From: an uncultured Oscillospiraceae bacterium
GTDB taxonomy: Bacteria; Bacillota; Clostridia; Oscillospirales; Oscillospiraceae
Direction: 5' to 3'
Length of the DNA stretch: 64,000 bases
Assembly: GCA_934597175.1 (NCBI GenBank)
Contig: CAKTQR010000003.1
Coordinates: forward strand, 7,570-71,569
Below are positions 1 through 9,154 of this stretch, piece after piece. The notes under the pieces were generated by a model that saw only the letters and a program-made list of their open reading frames with translations, searched no databases and was not told where the DNA came from. The position numbers and the translations under genes were made by a program. Each line of letters begins with the position of its first letter. Position 1 is the stretch's first letter.

Positions 1-357
1 TTGGAAACGGGCGCTGCACGCACCGTCGCCGAAGCGGTGGAGACCGTCGACCTCAGCCGCAGCGCATTTTACAAGTACAAGGACGCCATCGCCCCGTTCC
101 GTGACATGAAGCGGGACAGCATTACGACCCTGCACATCAAGCTGCACGACAAGCCCGGCAAGCTCGCCGCCGTCCTGTCTATTTTTACCGAAACGGGCGC
201 AAATATTCTCACGATAAATCAGAGCATCCCCTCAAATGGCGTGGCGCTGGTTACGGTCTCGTTCGTTGCCGAGTCCGTCGCCGTCGAGACCGACGAGCTT
301 ATAAGCCGCCTCAACTCCGTGACGGGCGTTGTTTCGGTCGAAATAATGGCAGGCTGA
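1..357 (+). CDS. ACT-domain protein (UPF0735/PheB-like), 5' end may be cut by window edge
   Basis: ORF runs from base 1. The C-terminal ~75 aa have an ACT-like pattern (LHIKLHDKPGKLAAVLSIFTETGANILTINQS). It lies directly upstream of aspartate kinase. Confidence 0.6.
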   Translation: METGAARTVAEAVETVDLSRSAFYKYKDAIAPFRDMKRDSITTLHIKLHDKPGKLAAVLSIFTETGANILTINQSIPSNGVALVTVSFVAESVAVETDELISRLNSVTGVVSVEIMAG

Positions 358-418
358 CGCACAATTGAATACTATGGAGTAGGATATTTATCCTACTCTT
401 TTCTTTTGGGGGATCACC

Positions 419-1375
419 ATGCTGATAGTACAAAAATTCGGCGGAAGCTCGGTCGCCGACGCCGAACGGATCAGGCGGGTCGCCGGCATCATCGCCGATG
501 CCCATGCGCTCGGCGACGGCCCGGTGGTCGTACTGTCCGCCCGAGGGGATACGACCGACACGCTTTTGGAAAACGCAGGCGAGATAACGCACGCACCGCA
601 CAGGCGGGAGCTGGATGTGCTGCTGTCGACCGGGGAGCTGAGCTCCGTTGCCCTCATGGCGATGCAGCTGCACTCGATGGGGCTCGACTGTGTATCGCTC
701 TCGGGCAGGCAGGCGGGAATTTTCACCGACACCGTCCACGGCTCGGCAAGAATTTTAAACATAAGCACCGACAGGCTGCGCCGTGAGCTCAAGGCGGGCA
801 GGATAGTCCTCGTCGCCGGCTTTCAGGGCGTTAACGAAAACGACGATGTCACAACCCTCGGCCGTGGCGGCTCGGACACGACGGCGGTAGCTCTCGCCGC
901 TGCGCTGAATGCCGAGCGCTGCGAGATATACTCCGATGTCGACGGCATTTACACCGCAGACCCCCGTCTCGTCACGGGCGCAAAAAAGCTTGAGCGCATC
1001 GACTACGCCGACATGCTGCGGCTCGCCTTCGGCGGATCGCAGGTGCTGCACTCCCGCTCGGTCGAGGCGGCGATAGCCGGAAATGTGGAGCTCACGCTGC
1101 TTTCAAGCTTCACCCGCAGGACGGGCACGGTGGTGTCGCACTTTGAAAATAGGCCGCCCGTGTGCGGCGTGACCCGTGACAAGGCGGTGAACAAGATAAG
1201 CGTCGTCGGGGCGGCGGTCGATGCGCAGACCCTTGCCGAGACCGTGGCGGTGCTCGCCGACAGCGGCATCGTTGTGCACTCCGGTGAGCTGCACGACGGC
1301 GTGTGCGCCGTGACCGTCGCACCGGAAAGTGTCCTGCCGTCGTTGGAGCTTATCCACAAACATTTCTTCAACTAA
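419..1375 (+). CDS. aspartate kinase (short, single ACT region)
   Basis: N-terminus MLIVQKFGGSSVADAERIRRVA and GRGGSDTTAVALAAAL are classic amino-acid-kinase/aspartokinase motifs. 318 aa. Confidence 0.85.
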   Translation: MLIVQKFGGSSVADAERIRRVAGIIADAHALGDGPVVVLSARGDTTDTLLENAGEITHAPHRRELDVLLSTGELSSVALMAMQLHSMGLDCVSLSGRQAGIFTDTVHGSARILNISTDRLRRELKAGRIVLVAGFQGVNENDDVTTLGRGGSDTTAVALAAALNAERCEIYSDVDGIYTADPRLVTGAKKLERIDYADMLRLAFGGSQVLHSRSVEAAIAGNVELTLLSSFTRRTGTVVSHFENRPPVCGVTRDKAVNKISVVGAAVDAQTLAETVAVLADSGIVVHSGELHDGVCAVTVAPESVLPSLELIHKHFFN

Positions 1376-1380
1376 ACTGA

Positions 1381-1410
1381 ACGGGCAACCCGAGGGTTGC
1401 CCGTTTTCTT
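1381..1410. terminator. hairpin between convergent genes
   Basis: ACGGGCAACC-cgag-GGTTGCCCGT followed by TTTCTT. Sits between the aspartate kinase stop (1375) and the minus-strand gene stop (1409). Confidence 0.7.
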
Positions 1411-2212
1411 ATTTAATTGTGACTGCTTCTCCGAAAATTATCGATGCCGCAATTTTCACGATCTCGTCGCTTGCCAGCTGGTCGGTGGTTATGCGGTAGC
1501 TGATGCCGTCAAGCGTAAACTCAGCGGTGTAGCGGTCGTACTGCCCGGCGGGCTCGTGCGTGTCGGGGTCATACGGACCGTAGTCGAGCTCGCAGTGACC
1601 GAATGTGACGGAAACGCCGCCGATATCGGTGGTCTCCGCCGCCTCGCCGTCAGGCATCGAAACGCAGCAGCCGTCCAATTTGCCGAGCCTTGATGCCTCG
1701 AGCGAAAAGCCCTTGACCGCTGCGATGCCGTCCGTGAGCTTCGGGCTTCCGTCGGCGTAGTAGTCGTGGTAAAAGCCGAGCGACACCAGGTCGTCGGCCA
1801 CCGTGCCGTCCTTTTTGATGTACACCGACGCCGTGCCGTTGCTCTCGGCGGGGACGAGCCCCTCGGGGATGTAGGCCGGGGTCAGGTCGCTGCCGTAGTA
1901 TTCGGCGATGGCGGCGCTGTCCCATGTGACATTGTCGTATAGGCTCGGGTCGTACCCGACCTTTGAGCCGTCTCTTATCATTGGCAGCATCTCGTTGATG
2001 TGCACGCCGGACATGGCGACGCTCGGCGTGTCGGGCGTTGCTGCGGGCCGCTTTGCAGCGCCGGGCAGAACGGCTGCGACCGCAAGCGCCAGACATGCGG
2101 CGAGTCCCGCCCATTTGACCCAGCCACGCTTTTTGCGGCGGTAGGCCGCCGCCTCCTCGTAGTATTTGTCTCCGACTGCTCCAATTGCGTCGGACAGCTT
2201 TTCAGAATTCAT
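1409..2212 (-). CDS. membrane-anchored anti-sigma-like protein
   Basis: Start moved to the ATG at 2212 (GGAGG 8 nt upstream). ATGA overlap with the sigma stop. Short cytoplasmic N-terminus, one TM (WAGLAACLALAVAAVL) and an extracytoplasmic domain. 267 aa. Confidence 0.6.
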   Translation of the reverse strand: MNSEKLSDAIGAVGDKYYEEAAAYRRKKRGWVKWAGLAACLALAVAAVLPGAAKRPAATPDTPSVAMSGVHINEMLPMIRDGSKVGYDPSLYDNVTWDSAAIAEYYGSDLTPAYIPEGLVPAESNGTASVYIKKDGTVADDLVSLGFYHDYYADGSPKLTDGIAAVKGFSLEASRLGKLDGCCVSMPDGEAAETTDIGGVSVTFGHCELDYGPYDPDTHEPAGQYDRYTAEFTLDGISYRITTDQLASDEIVKIAASIIFGEAVTIK

Positions 2213-2763
2213 TGTAAAACCTCCGTTTCGATGAGATGCTTCCGCAGTTTTTGACGAGTGGCGCTCAGGCGCACGGACACATTTTTCTCGGACACCCCGA
2301 CCCGCTCGGCAATATCGGCGTAGCTGTCGCAAAAGGCGTAGCGGCGCATGAAAATGACCCGCTCCTTTGTGCTCAGCGTGTCGAGAAACCGCTCGATGAA
2401 TCTGGCAAGCTCCGCCGCCTCGACGGTGTCCTCCACGGTCTTTGTGTCGGCGATGCACTCGTCAAGCTCCTCAAATGCGACCGTGCAGCCGCTGCGCTTG
2501 GCTGCCCGCTTCGTGCGGTACGCCTTGACCGAGCGGTTGCGGACTATTTTAATAATGTACGCCCGCAGCGGTTCGGGCCGAGCCGGGGGAATGGCGTTCC
2601 ATGCGCCCAGATATGCGTCGCTGACGCACTCCTCGGCATCCTGAAGGCTGCCCAAGATGTTGTACGCAACTGACCTGCACAGCCCGCCGTACTTATCGTC
2701 CAGTGCCCGGATCGCCAGCTCGCTGCGCTCGAAAAACAGCTCAATTATCCTCTCGTCCTCCAC
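2209..2763 (-). CDS. ECF-type sigma-70 family RNA polymerase sigma factor
   Basis: Regions 2 and 4 are recognisable (DAEECVSDAYLGAW; ERVIFMRRYAFCDSYADIAERVGVSEKNVSVRLSATRQKL). GTG start at 2763 chosen because the upstream part of the 265-aa ORF is low-complexity. 184 aa. Confidence 0.8.
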   Translation of the reverse strand: MEDERIIELFFERSELAIRALDDKYGGLCRSVAYNILGSLQDAEECVSDAYLGAWNAIPPARPEPLRAYIIKIVRNRSVKAYRTKRAAKRSGCTVAFEELDECIADTKTVEDTVEAAELARFIERFLDTLSTKERVIFMRRYAFCDSYADIAERVGVSEKNVSVRLSATRQKLRKHLIETEVLQ

Positions 2764-3077
2764 CGCAGCACCCTCTTTTTTTCTTTCGCCGGCGTGAGCC
2801 GACCGCCTATCGTCTGTCAGTGTGCCCTTTCGGTGCTTTTCGCCTTTTTTCGTCTTGCCGGGCACAAAGCCCGCCTGCGCCAAAAGAAAGCCGAAAACCC
2901 CTCGAAAAACACTACTGACAGATGCTGCGCAGTTTTGCCGGGATGGGCGCTGACGCAGCATGAGCAGAGATCTGCCCGTCAAAACCGATAGTCGCTCGAC
3001 TCCCACCGGCTTTTTTGACAGCTATCACTTACTAACTACCCGTTTAGCCGCAAACACTAAATCGAAACGGAGATTTT

Positions 3078-4124
3078 TTATTTCAGCCTCAGATAACAGG
3101 TGCTTTTCCCGCTGCCCTCTCTTTTGAGCTCACCGGCGGCGACCAGCTTGCGCAGCGCACCCTCAATGGAGCTGTCGCTGAGCGTCGGGCACAGCTCACG
3201 GATATCCTGCTTGTTAAACCGCCCGATCTTGCTCATGCTCGCCCTGCGCACCATCTCCGCTGCGGGCAACTTCGTTTCCACAAGCGCCACACGCTCGCCG
3301 AAATCCCTGTATGCGGCAAGTATCGTCCCGAGAATGTACTTGATAAACGGCACGGCATCCTCCGTGCCCTCATGCCAGCCGGTCTGCGACTTGGCAAGCG
3401 CATCGTAGTACAGGTCCTTGTTCTTCGCAATTTTGGCTTCAAGCGAAATATATCTTCCGACATAAAATCCGCTCCGATACAAAAGCAGCGTCGTGAGAAG
3501 CCTGCTCATTCTGCCGTTGCCGTCGTTGAACGGGTGGATGCACAGAAAATCGTGGATGAACACCGGAATTGCAATTAAGGGCTCAAGCTCCATGTTGCCT
3601 ATCACACGGTTGTACTCGGCGCAGATTCTGTCGAGTGCCTCCGGCATTTCGTACGGAGCAAGCGGCGTAAACAGCGTTTCGACATGGCCGTCGGGGTAGG
3701 TGGCGCTTATATAATTCTGCACGGTTTTCGTGCGCCCTGCGACGGGGTTATACATGTGGCTGTACAATATCTTGTGCAGCTGGAGAATATAATTTTGCGT
3801 GATGGGTATCGCATCGAAGCTTTCGTGGATTATGCTCAGCACATCACGGTAGCCCGCTATCTCCTGCTCATCCCGATTCCTCGGCGCAGTCTTCTCCTCG
3901 ACAAGCTGCCGAATTCTCGTGCTCGTGGTGACGATGCCCTCGATGGCGTTCGATGCCTCGGTGCTCTGTATCTTGGCGATCTCGACGAGCCGCTCCAGCT
4001 CATCCGGCCGCTGCCGGAGATACAGCTCCTGCTTGCCGGCTTCCTTGTATATGGCGGCGATCAGCCCCAGCACCTCGGAATCCCACTTCTGTCCGCCGAT
4101 CGCAGTGTAATTAAAATTTCTCAT
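3078..4124 (-). CDS. Fic family protein with C-terminal winged-helix
   Basis: Canonical Fic motif HPFNDGNGRMSRLL. C-terminal wHTH-like tail (GALRKLVAAGELKREGSGKSTCYLRL). 348 aa. Confidence 0.9.
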   Translation of the reverse strand: MRNFNYTAIGGQKWDSEVLGLIAAIYKEAGKQELYLRQRPDELERLVEIAKIQSTEASNAIEGIVTTSTRIRQLVEEKTAPRNRDEQEIAGYRDVLSIIHESFDAIPITQNYILQLHKILYSHMYNPVAGRTKTVQNYISATYPDGHVETLFTPLAPYEMPEALDRICAEYNRVIGNMELEPLIAIPVFIHDFLCIHPFNDGNGRMSRLLTTLLLYRSGFYVGRYISLEAKIAKNKDLYYDALAKSQTGWHEGTEDAVPFIKYILGTILAAYRDFGERVALVETKLPAAEMVRRASMSKIGRFNKQDIRELCPTLSDSSIEGALRKLVAAGELKREGSGKSTCYLRLK

Positions 4125-4143
4125 TCGCTTACCTCCGTTTGCT

Positions 4144-4226
4144 TTCCCTTAAATTTTAGTATAAATTAAGGGAATAGTCAACAGCATCAAAAAATTTCCC
4201 TTAATATTATGCACAGGTTAAGGGAA
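4144..4226. promoter_or_regulatory. two identical palindromic operator-like sites
   Basis: TTCCCTTAA-N13-TTAAGGGAA at 4144-4174 and again at 4196-4226, 52 bp centre to centre. The spacers contain -10-like TATAAA and TATTAT. Confidence 0.45.
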
Positions 4227-4307
4227 ACGATTCTTCGAATTTGCTTTTGTTGACAAAATTCGACATGTATTTTAAAATGCATATATAACAGCAAGGAGGT
4301 CGAGACC

Positions 4308-5003
4308 ATGTATTGCAAATATTGCGGCAAGCCCGTTCCCGAGGGCGCAGAGTATTGCCTGAGCTGCGGCAAGTATTTAAACGGCAGCGACGGCGCAAAA
4401 AATGACAGCTCAAGCTTCGGCTTTGCGCTGCTGGGCTTTCTGCTCCCGCTGATCGGCCTGATATTGTACTTTGTCTACGATGACAAGCGCCCGAAAAGGG
4501 CAAAGTCGGTCGGCAAGGGCGCACTGGTCGGCGTGATAACGAGGATAGTCGTTGCGATACTCATCGCCGTTGCGACCTTCTTCCTTTCCGTTTCCGTATT
4601 TAACGCCGTGGCGGCGGGCGAGGCGTCAGACATTCCCGTCATCGGGTCGGTGATAAATGAGATGATCGAGGAGCTCGACGAGGACGGCACGGATAAGTGC
4701 GAGCTCACCGTCGGCGAGTTCAGCCGTGTCAAGCGCAGCGGCTACGACGCAACGACGCTCGAGCTCACCGTCCGGAACATCACCGAAAAGCCGTACTCCT
4801 ACGGCATAACGGTCGACGCATACGACGCCGACGGCACTCGCATCGGCACGGAATATGTGTTTGTCGATAATCTCGAGCCCGGGCAGACGGCAAAGGCTGC
4901 AGCGTTTGAGAACATTAACTCCACGCAGCTGGACGCCTTCGAAAACGCCGACTTCGAGATAAGCGCCGTCCACGCCTTCTGCGAGTACCGCAGGGTTGGG
5001 TAA
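4308..5003 (+). CDS. zinc-ribbon membrane protein (FxLYD-like C-terminal domain)
   Basis: N-terminal CxxC...CxxC ribbon (CKYCGKPVPEGAEYCLSCG), two hydrophobic segments, and a C-terminal beta-rich domain with a VDAYDADG motif. The family name is from memory. Confidence 0.7.
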   Translation: MYCKYCGKPVPEGAEYCLSCGKYLNGSDGAKNDSSSFGFALLGFLLPLIGLILYFVYDDKRPKRAKSVGKGALVGVITRIVVAILIAVATFFLSVSVFNAVAAGEASDIPVIGSVINEMIEELDEDGTDKCELTVGEFSRVKRSGYDATTLELTVRNITEKPYSYGITVDAYDADGTRIGTEYVFVDNLEPGQTAKAAAFENINSTQLDAFENADFEISAVHAFCEYRRVG

Positions 5004-5009
5004 CAAATA

Positions 5010-5075
5010 TTAACTTTTCTTTGTTTTGCCAAAGAAAAGTCCTTTCAATAGCGAACGAACACTTTAACTAGTCGT
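5010..5075 (+). repeat. repeat module B (palindromic hairpin) plus conserved tail
   Basis: ACTTTTCTTTG-ttttgc-CAAAGAAAAGT followed by TTTCAATAGCGAACGAACAC. The same 60 bp recurs at 57196-57255. Confidence 0.85.
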
Positions 5076-5155
5076 AATTGCGGCAGCCCAAATCGTAACT
5101 TAAAGCAGGCTTTTTGTGCGTCAATCAGCACATTAAGGCAGTGCGTGATTCAACG

Positions 5156-5390
5156 AACCACCCTTTGGAATCCCGGTACGGGGTATCGGTGCACCGGTCT
5201 ACCGGACTGCGGAGGTTTAACATAGTGCGAGTTGCTTTCGGTGCGCTCGTTTATCGGGCTGCGTCGGTTAGTTGGGTGCGAGAAGTTTGCGGTGCATCGA
5301 TAGGTTGATGTACAGACTAAACTCTAAGGCGCACTCACCGGTCGGGCTGACGCAATAACGACACGCAGAAGCTTAAAAGCGTATTGAAAA
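5156..5390 (+). repeat. repeat module A, copy 1
   Basis: AACCACCCTTTGGAATCCCGGTACGGGGTATCGGTGCACCGG...CTGCGGAGGTTTAAC, then ~52-bp subrepeats and the CCGATAGGTTGATG...AAACTCTAAGG...CCGGTCGGGCTG tail. Near-identical copies occur at 5 other loci. Confidence 0.9.
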
Positions 5391-5416
5391 CAGGCAGTGC
5401 AAGACGCACTGCCTGT
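5380..5416 (-). terminator. intrinsic terminator of the 5428-6942 gene
   Basis: ACAGGCAGTGC-loop-GCACTGCCTGT with a T-run on the minus strand, 12 nt past the stop. Confidence 0.7.
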
Positions 5417-5427
5417 TATTGTTGCGC

Positions 5428-6942
5428 TTAATAGTTCGGCACTTTAATGCCGTCGGGGGTGATGCTGAAGCAGAACACATCATCCGTTATGCGGAATACG
5501 CTGTCGGACCAGCCATCGTCTGAAATGTAGGCCTCCATCGCCGTCTTTACGGGGTATTGCAGCCAATCCCACTGATGTATATACACTAAGGCGCTGCTGA
5601 GACTATGATTGGTTTCGTCATAATCCAGATCGTCCCTGCCGACCACGGAGTAGGCGATATAGCCACGGCACTTTTCGCCGTCAGACGGCATTGAAAATGC
5701 GGCAAATGGCTCTGTCTTTATCTGCCCCGCATCGAGGAAGAAGTTCGAGGTGTAGGTCTTTTCTCCGAGCCAATAGTAAGGCGAGGCGTAGATCTTGCCG
5801 CCCTTATCATACAGCACCCGTCCGGTAAAATTGCCGCCGGAGTATAAATCGTCAGTCCGGTCATTCTTGCGCTGATACGCCGGACGAAGCCGGAGCGCCT
5901 CCGTGCCGTAAAAACCGGGGTTTGAATTCCATTCAAAGTGGTGGATGACTATCCACTTTCCCTGCTCGCCGGGCAGCTGCACGGCGATGTCGGTGAGGCG
6001 CATATCCCAATCTGCGCCGATGTCCTCCGCCCCGTCATACACCTCGATGCCGACAGACTGTGCGCCCTCGCAGGCGGCGATGTCGTCCTCGGTGAGGTCG
6101 TTCAGGACATATTCGGGGAAGCCGAGCTCCACCAAGTGCGCCTTTATCTCCTGCGTCTTGTCCGTTACTGCTGTCTCCTCGGACTGCCAATCCATATCAT
6201 AGCTGCTGCCGAAGATGAAGCCCGCAGCGCAGCCGACGACGACCACGGCGGAGATAACGATGACGATGCACATATCCGTGACCCTGACGGCCGCCGGCTT
6301 AACGGTGTAGCCTGCCTCGTCGAGCACCTTTGACAGCTTGCACAGGCTCACGATGATGAGGATATACGAAATGAGCAGCACCGCAAAGATGATTATCCCG
6401 TTGAGCTTCATAAGGGCGGCCAGAATACCCAGCGCATACCACACGAAAAACGCAAATGCCGCACCTGCCTTCGGGGGAAGTCCCGCTTTTTGCCTCACGG
6501 CACGCAGGCCACGCCAGAAGCAGAGTATCTGGACAAGCAGCAACGCAACGGCGACGGCATTGATAACGGATCGGACATCGGGGGGCAGAATTTCGCTCTT
6601 GTAAACGGTCGAGTTCAGAATACAACCGGCAAAAAAGTCCACGGCGCTAAACACCGCTATGCCGTAGCAAGCGCCAAACCAGCCGTTTTCACGACGCAGG
6701 GTGCGGAAGCCCAAAAGCAGCAGCACCGTGCCGACAGCGGGCAGAATGTAGTTTAAGCAAAGGAAGTTGAATGTGATCACGCACAGTGCAAAGCCGAAAA
6801 GTATGCGGGTCATCGCCCGCCTCCACGGGGTCACATCCTCTGCGATATCGTCGGGCGGGAGCTCGGAAACGCTCTCGGCGAGCAGGGCGTCGAAGTCCCT
6901 GTCGTTCATGGCGTTCCATTCGTGTTCATTCATGCGCTTCAC
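5428..6942 (-). CDS. polytopic membrane protein, anti-sigma-like partner
   Basis: 504 aa. Its start overlaps the upstream sigma gene by 17 nt. The N-terminal cytoplasmic segment is followed by about 6 hydrophobic helices and a large C-terminal domain. Confidence 0.55.
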   Translation of the reverse strand: MKRMNEHEWNAMNDRDFDALLAESVSELPPDDIAEDVTPWRRAMTRILFGFALCVITFNFLCLNYILPAVGTVLLLLGFRTLRRENGWFGACYGIAVFSAVDFFAGCILNSTVYKSEILPPDVRSVINAVAVALLLVQILCFWRGLRAVRQKAGLPPKAGAAFAFFVWYALGILAALMKLNGIIIFAVLLISYILIIVSLCKLSKVLDEAGYTVKPAAVRVTDMCIVIVISAVVVVGCAAGFIFGSSYDMDWQSEETAVTDKTQEIKAHLVELGFPEYVLNDLTEDDIAACEGAQSVGIEVYDGAEDIGADWDMRLTDIAVQLPGEQGKWIVIHHFEWNSNPGFYGTEALRLRPAYQRKNDRTDDLYSGGNFTGRVLYDKGGKIYASPYYWLGEKTYTSNFFLDAGQIKTEPFAAFSMPSDGEKCRGYIAYSVVGRDDLDYDETNHSLSSALVYIHQWDWLQYPVKTAMEAYISDDGWSDSVFRITDDVFCFSITPDGIKVPNY

Positions 6943-7468
6943 CTCCCAACATCTTGCGCAGGCGCTGCTTCAGGCGGTATAGCCTGCCCTCGACGGCTCG
7001 CTCGGTCATACCGAGCTCGGCGGCTATCTGCGCCGTGGGCTGGCGGTAGTAGTACTTGCGGTAAAACAGCACCCTGTCCTTTGGCGAGAGCTTTCCCAAA
7101 GCGCTGCGCAGCTCTGCCTGCCGTTCTTTTTGCAAAATGATCTCCTCGGGCGTGGGCTCGGGTGACGGCGTATCGGGCGAAATTTCGTCAAGCCCGGCAC
7201 TGCGGGCGTTTTTTCTTGCGTAGTTGAGTGCGGCATTTCGGGCGACCGCCGTGAGCCATGCGGTCAGGCTGCTGCGGCTGGCGTTGAACTGCTCGACCTT
7301 CTCCCAAATGCGCACCGTTATTTCCGAAATGCAGTCATCCCGGTCGTGCGCATCGGGCAAAATGGGCGCAATGACATACCGCATCAGCGGCCCGTAGTGC
7401 AGCAGCAGAGCCTGCATGCCCCTATCGTCTTTCGCCAGCAGCAGCTCGATCATCTCCGGCTGTTTCAC
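6926..7468 (-). CDS. sigma-70 family (ECF-like) sigma factor
   Basis: Region 2 (DCISEITVRIWEK..LTAWLTAVARNAALNY) and region 4 (DRVLFYRKYYYRQPTAQIAAELGMTERAVEGRLYRLKQRL). GTG at 7468 lies 7 nt after GAGGAGGGG. Confidence 0.8.
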   Translation of the reverse strand: MKQPEMIELLLAKDDRGMQALLLHYGPLMRYVIAPILPDAHDRDDCISEITVRIWEKVEQFNASRSSLTAWLTAVARNAALNYARKNARSAGLDEISPDTPSPEPTPEEIILQKERQAELRSALGKLSPKDRVLFYRKYYYRQPTAQIAAELGMTERAVEGRLYRLKQRLRKMLGGEAHE

Positions 7469-7542
7469 AGCATCCCCTCCTCTCGCCCTGTCTGTACAAT
7501 TATACACTGCACTGCAACAAATCACATGCTTTTGGAATTTAT

Positions 7543-8231
7543 TAACTTTTCTTTGTGTTGCCGAAAGAAAAGCAGCAAAAGAAACGCAACCAAAGGCGGT
7601 GTAAGGCAGGGGGAAGCCGCCCGTAGGGTTTAGTTTTGAGCGAGAGATTTTTCGTTCAGGCAAAACAACAAAATTTCGGCAATACTTTGTGTATTACCAA
7701 AATTTTTTGTGAAGCATGGGCGGAAAAGATCCGCTAAAAACCGGTTTGCATCCTGCCTTGCGCCGCCCCAAAGTTTAACCACCCTTTGGAATCCCGGTAC
7801 GGGGTATCGGTGCACCGGTCGTTTTTACTGCGGAGGTTTAACCCAGTGCGAGTTGCTTTCGGTGCATCCATATAACGGGTTGCGTCGGTCAGGCGGGTGC
7901 GAAAAGCTTGTACTGCACCGATAGATTCGTGTGCTCACTGCGTTTCGGTGCGCTGTGTGGGGCGAGGTTTAGAATTTCTGTTTAAAGACAAATTTTAAAG
8001 TTTAGTTTGCAGCTAAGTAGCCGCAAGTTTGCGGTTTTTCAGCTGCACTGCAACTTTTGCACGAGTCTAACACGGCGGTGCGGTTTGAACTCTAAATGTA
8101 CATATTCGTTAACGCTTAGCAGTTCAATAGAAAGACGCACCACACCACCGTGCAAGTTTCCAAAGAGCGGCTAAGCTCTTTGGTCGCGTTTCTTTATTAA
8201 CTTTTCTTTGGCGAAACAAAGAAAAGTTAAT
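7543..8231. repeat. composite non-coding element with ~55-bp terminal inverted repeats
   Basis: Left end ATTAACTTTTCTTTGTGTTGCCGAAAGAAAAG..AAAGAAACGCAACCAAAG. Right end (reverse complement) ATTAACTTTTCTTTGTTTCGCCAAAGAAAAG..AAAGAAACGCGACCAAAG. The interior holds module C (7621-7770) and module A (7777-~7960). Confidence 0.8.
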
Positions 8232-8245
8232 AAATGGTATTTACT

Positions 8246-9121
8246 TTATTTCTTCTCCTTTACCCACCTTATTATATAGTCTGCGAATTTGCGGGTGGCG
8301 GGGCTTTGGCTGCTGGTTTCGCCGATGGCAAGGCCGATGGTGCGCTTTGACGGCGGGACAAGCTCCTTGACCACGACATTGTCGTGCCGCCCACGCAGCA
8401 GCAGCTCCGGCATTATCGACACGCCCAAACCCTGCTCGACCATGGCGATTATCGCATAGTCGTCCTTCGTCGAAAACTTGATATTCGGCTTTATCCCCGC
8501 CGCACTCAGCGCCTTGTTGGCATCGTGGTTTGAGGTCTCCAGCAGCGTTATGAACGCCTCGGTCTCGCACTCGACGAGCGGAAACTTCGGGTAGGACGCA
8601 AACTTGTGGTCAGGCGGCAGGATGGCGAGCAGCCGGTCCTCCATGAGCGCAATGCACTCGCAGTTGAGGCTCGACGGCAGGTTTACAAAGCCAAGATCGA
8701 CGCTGCCCTCAATGAGCCACTTTTCGACATCGTGGTAGTCGCCGTTTAATAGCTTTATGTCCACATTCGGGAAGTCTCGCTGAAACTCCTTGATGACGCC
8801 CGGCAGCCAGTGGACGGCGACGGAGGTGAACGCACCGATGCGCACCGTGCCGAAGTCGAGCCCTCGGATGGCGGACACGGTCTGTTTGAGCTGCTCGTAG
8901 TAGTTGAGCATGCCTCGCACGGACGGCATTATCCGCTGCCCGTCGTCGGTTAATTTTACGCCAGCCCTCGACCGGGTGAGGATGGCAAAGCCGAACTGCT
9001 CCTCGAGCGAATTTATCGTGTGGCTGACCGCCGACTGCGTGCAGCCGAGCGCTTCGGCGGCCTTTGTGAGGCTGCCCAGCTCGCACACCTTGGCGAGCGT
9101 CTCGAATTTTGAAATGCTCAT
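8246..9121 (-). CDS. LysR family transcriptional regulator
   Basis: N-terminal HTH (FETLAKVCELGSLTKAAEALGCTQSAVSHTINSLE) plus a LysR substrate-binding domain. 291 aa. Confidence 0.9.
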   Translation of the reverse strand: MSISKFETLAKVCELGSLTKAAEALGCTQSAVSHTINSLEEQFGFAILTRSRAGVKLTDDGQRIMPSVRGMLNYYEQLKQTVSAIRGLDFGTVRIGAFTSVAVHWLPGVIKEFQRDFPNVDIKLLNGDYHDVEKWLIEGSVDLGFVNLPSSLNCECIALMEDRLLAILPPDHKFASYPKFPLVECETEAFITLLETSNHDANKALSAAGIKPNIKFSTKDDYAIIAMVEQGLGVSIMPELLLRGRHDNVVVKELVPPSKRTIGLAIGETSSQSPATRKFADYIIRWVKEKK

Positions 9122-9154
9122 GGGCGCTCCTTTCTATATTACATGAATTTTATT

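Noticed and set aside
5114-5308. Short ORFs inside repeat modules (5114-5308, 7709-7924, 57470-57916, 18620-18859)
   Set aside because: They lie wholly in dispersed non-coding repeats, or overlap the tRNA. Their reading frames are not conserved between repeat copies, and they have no RBS.
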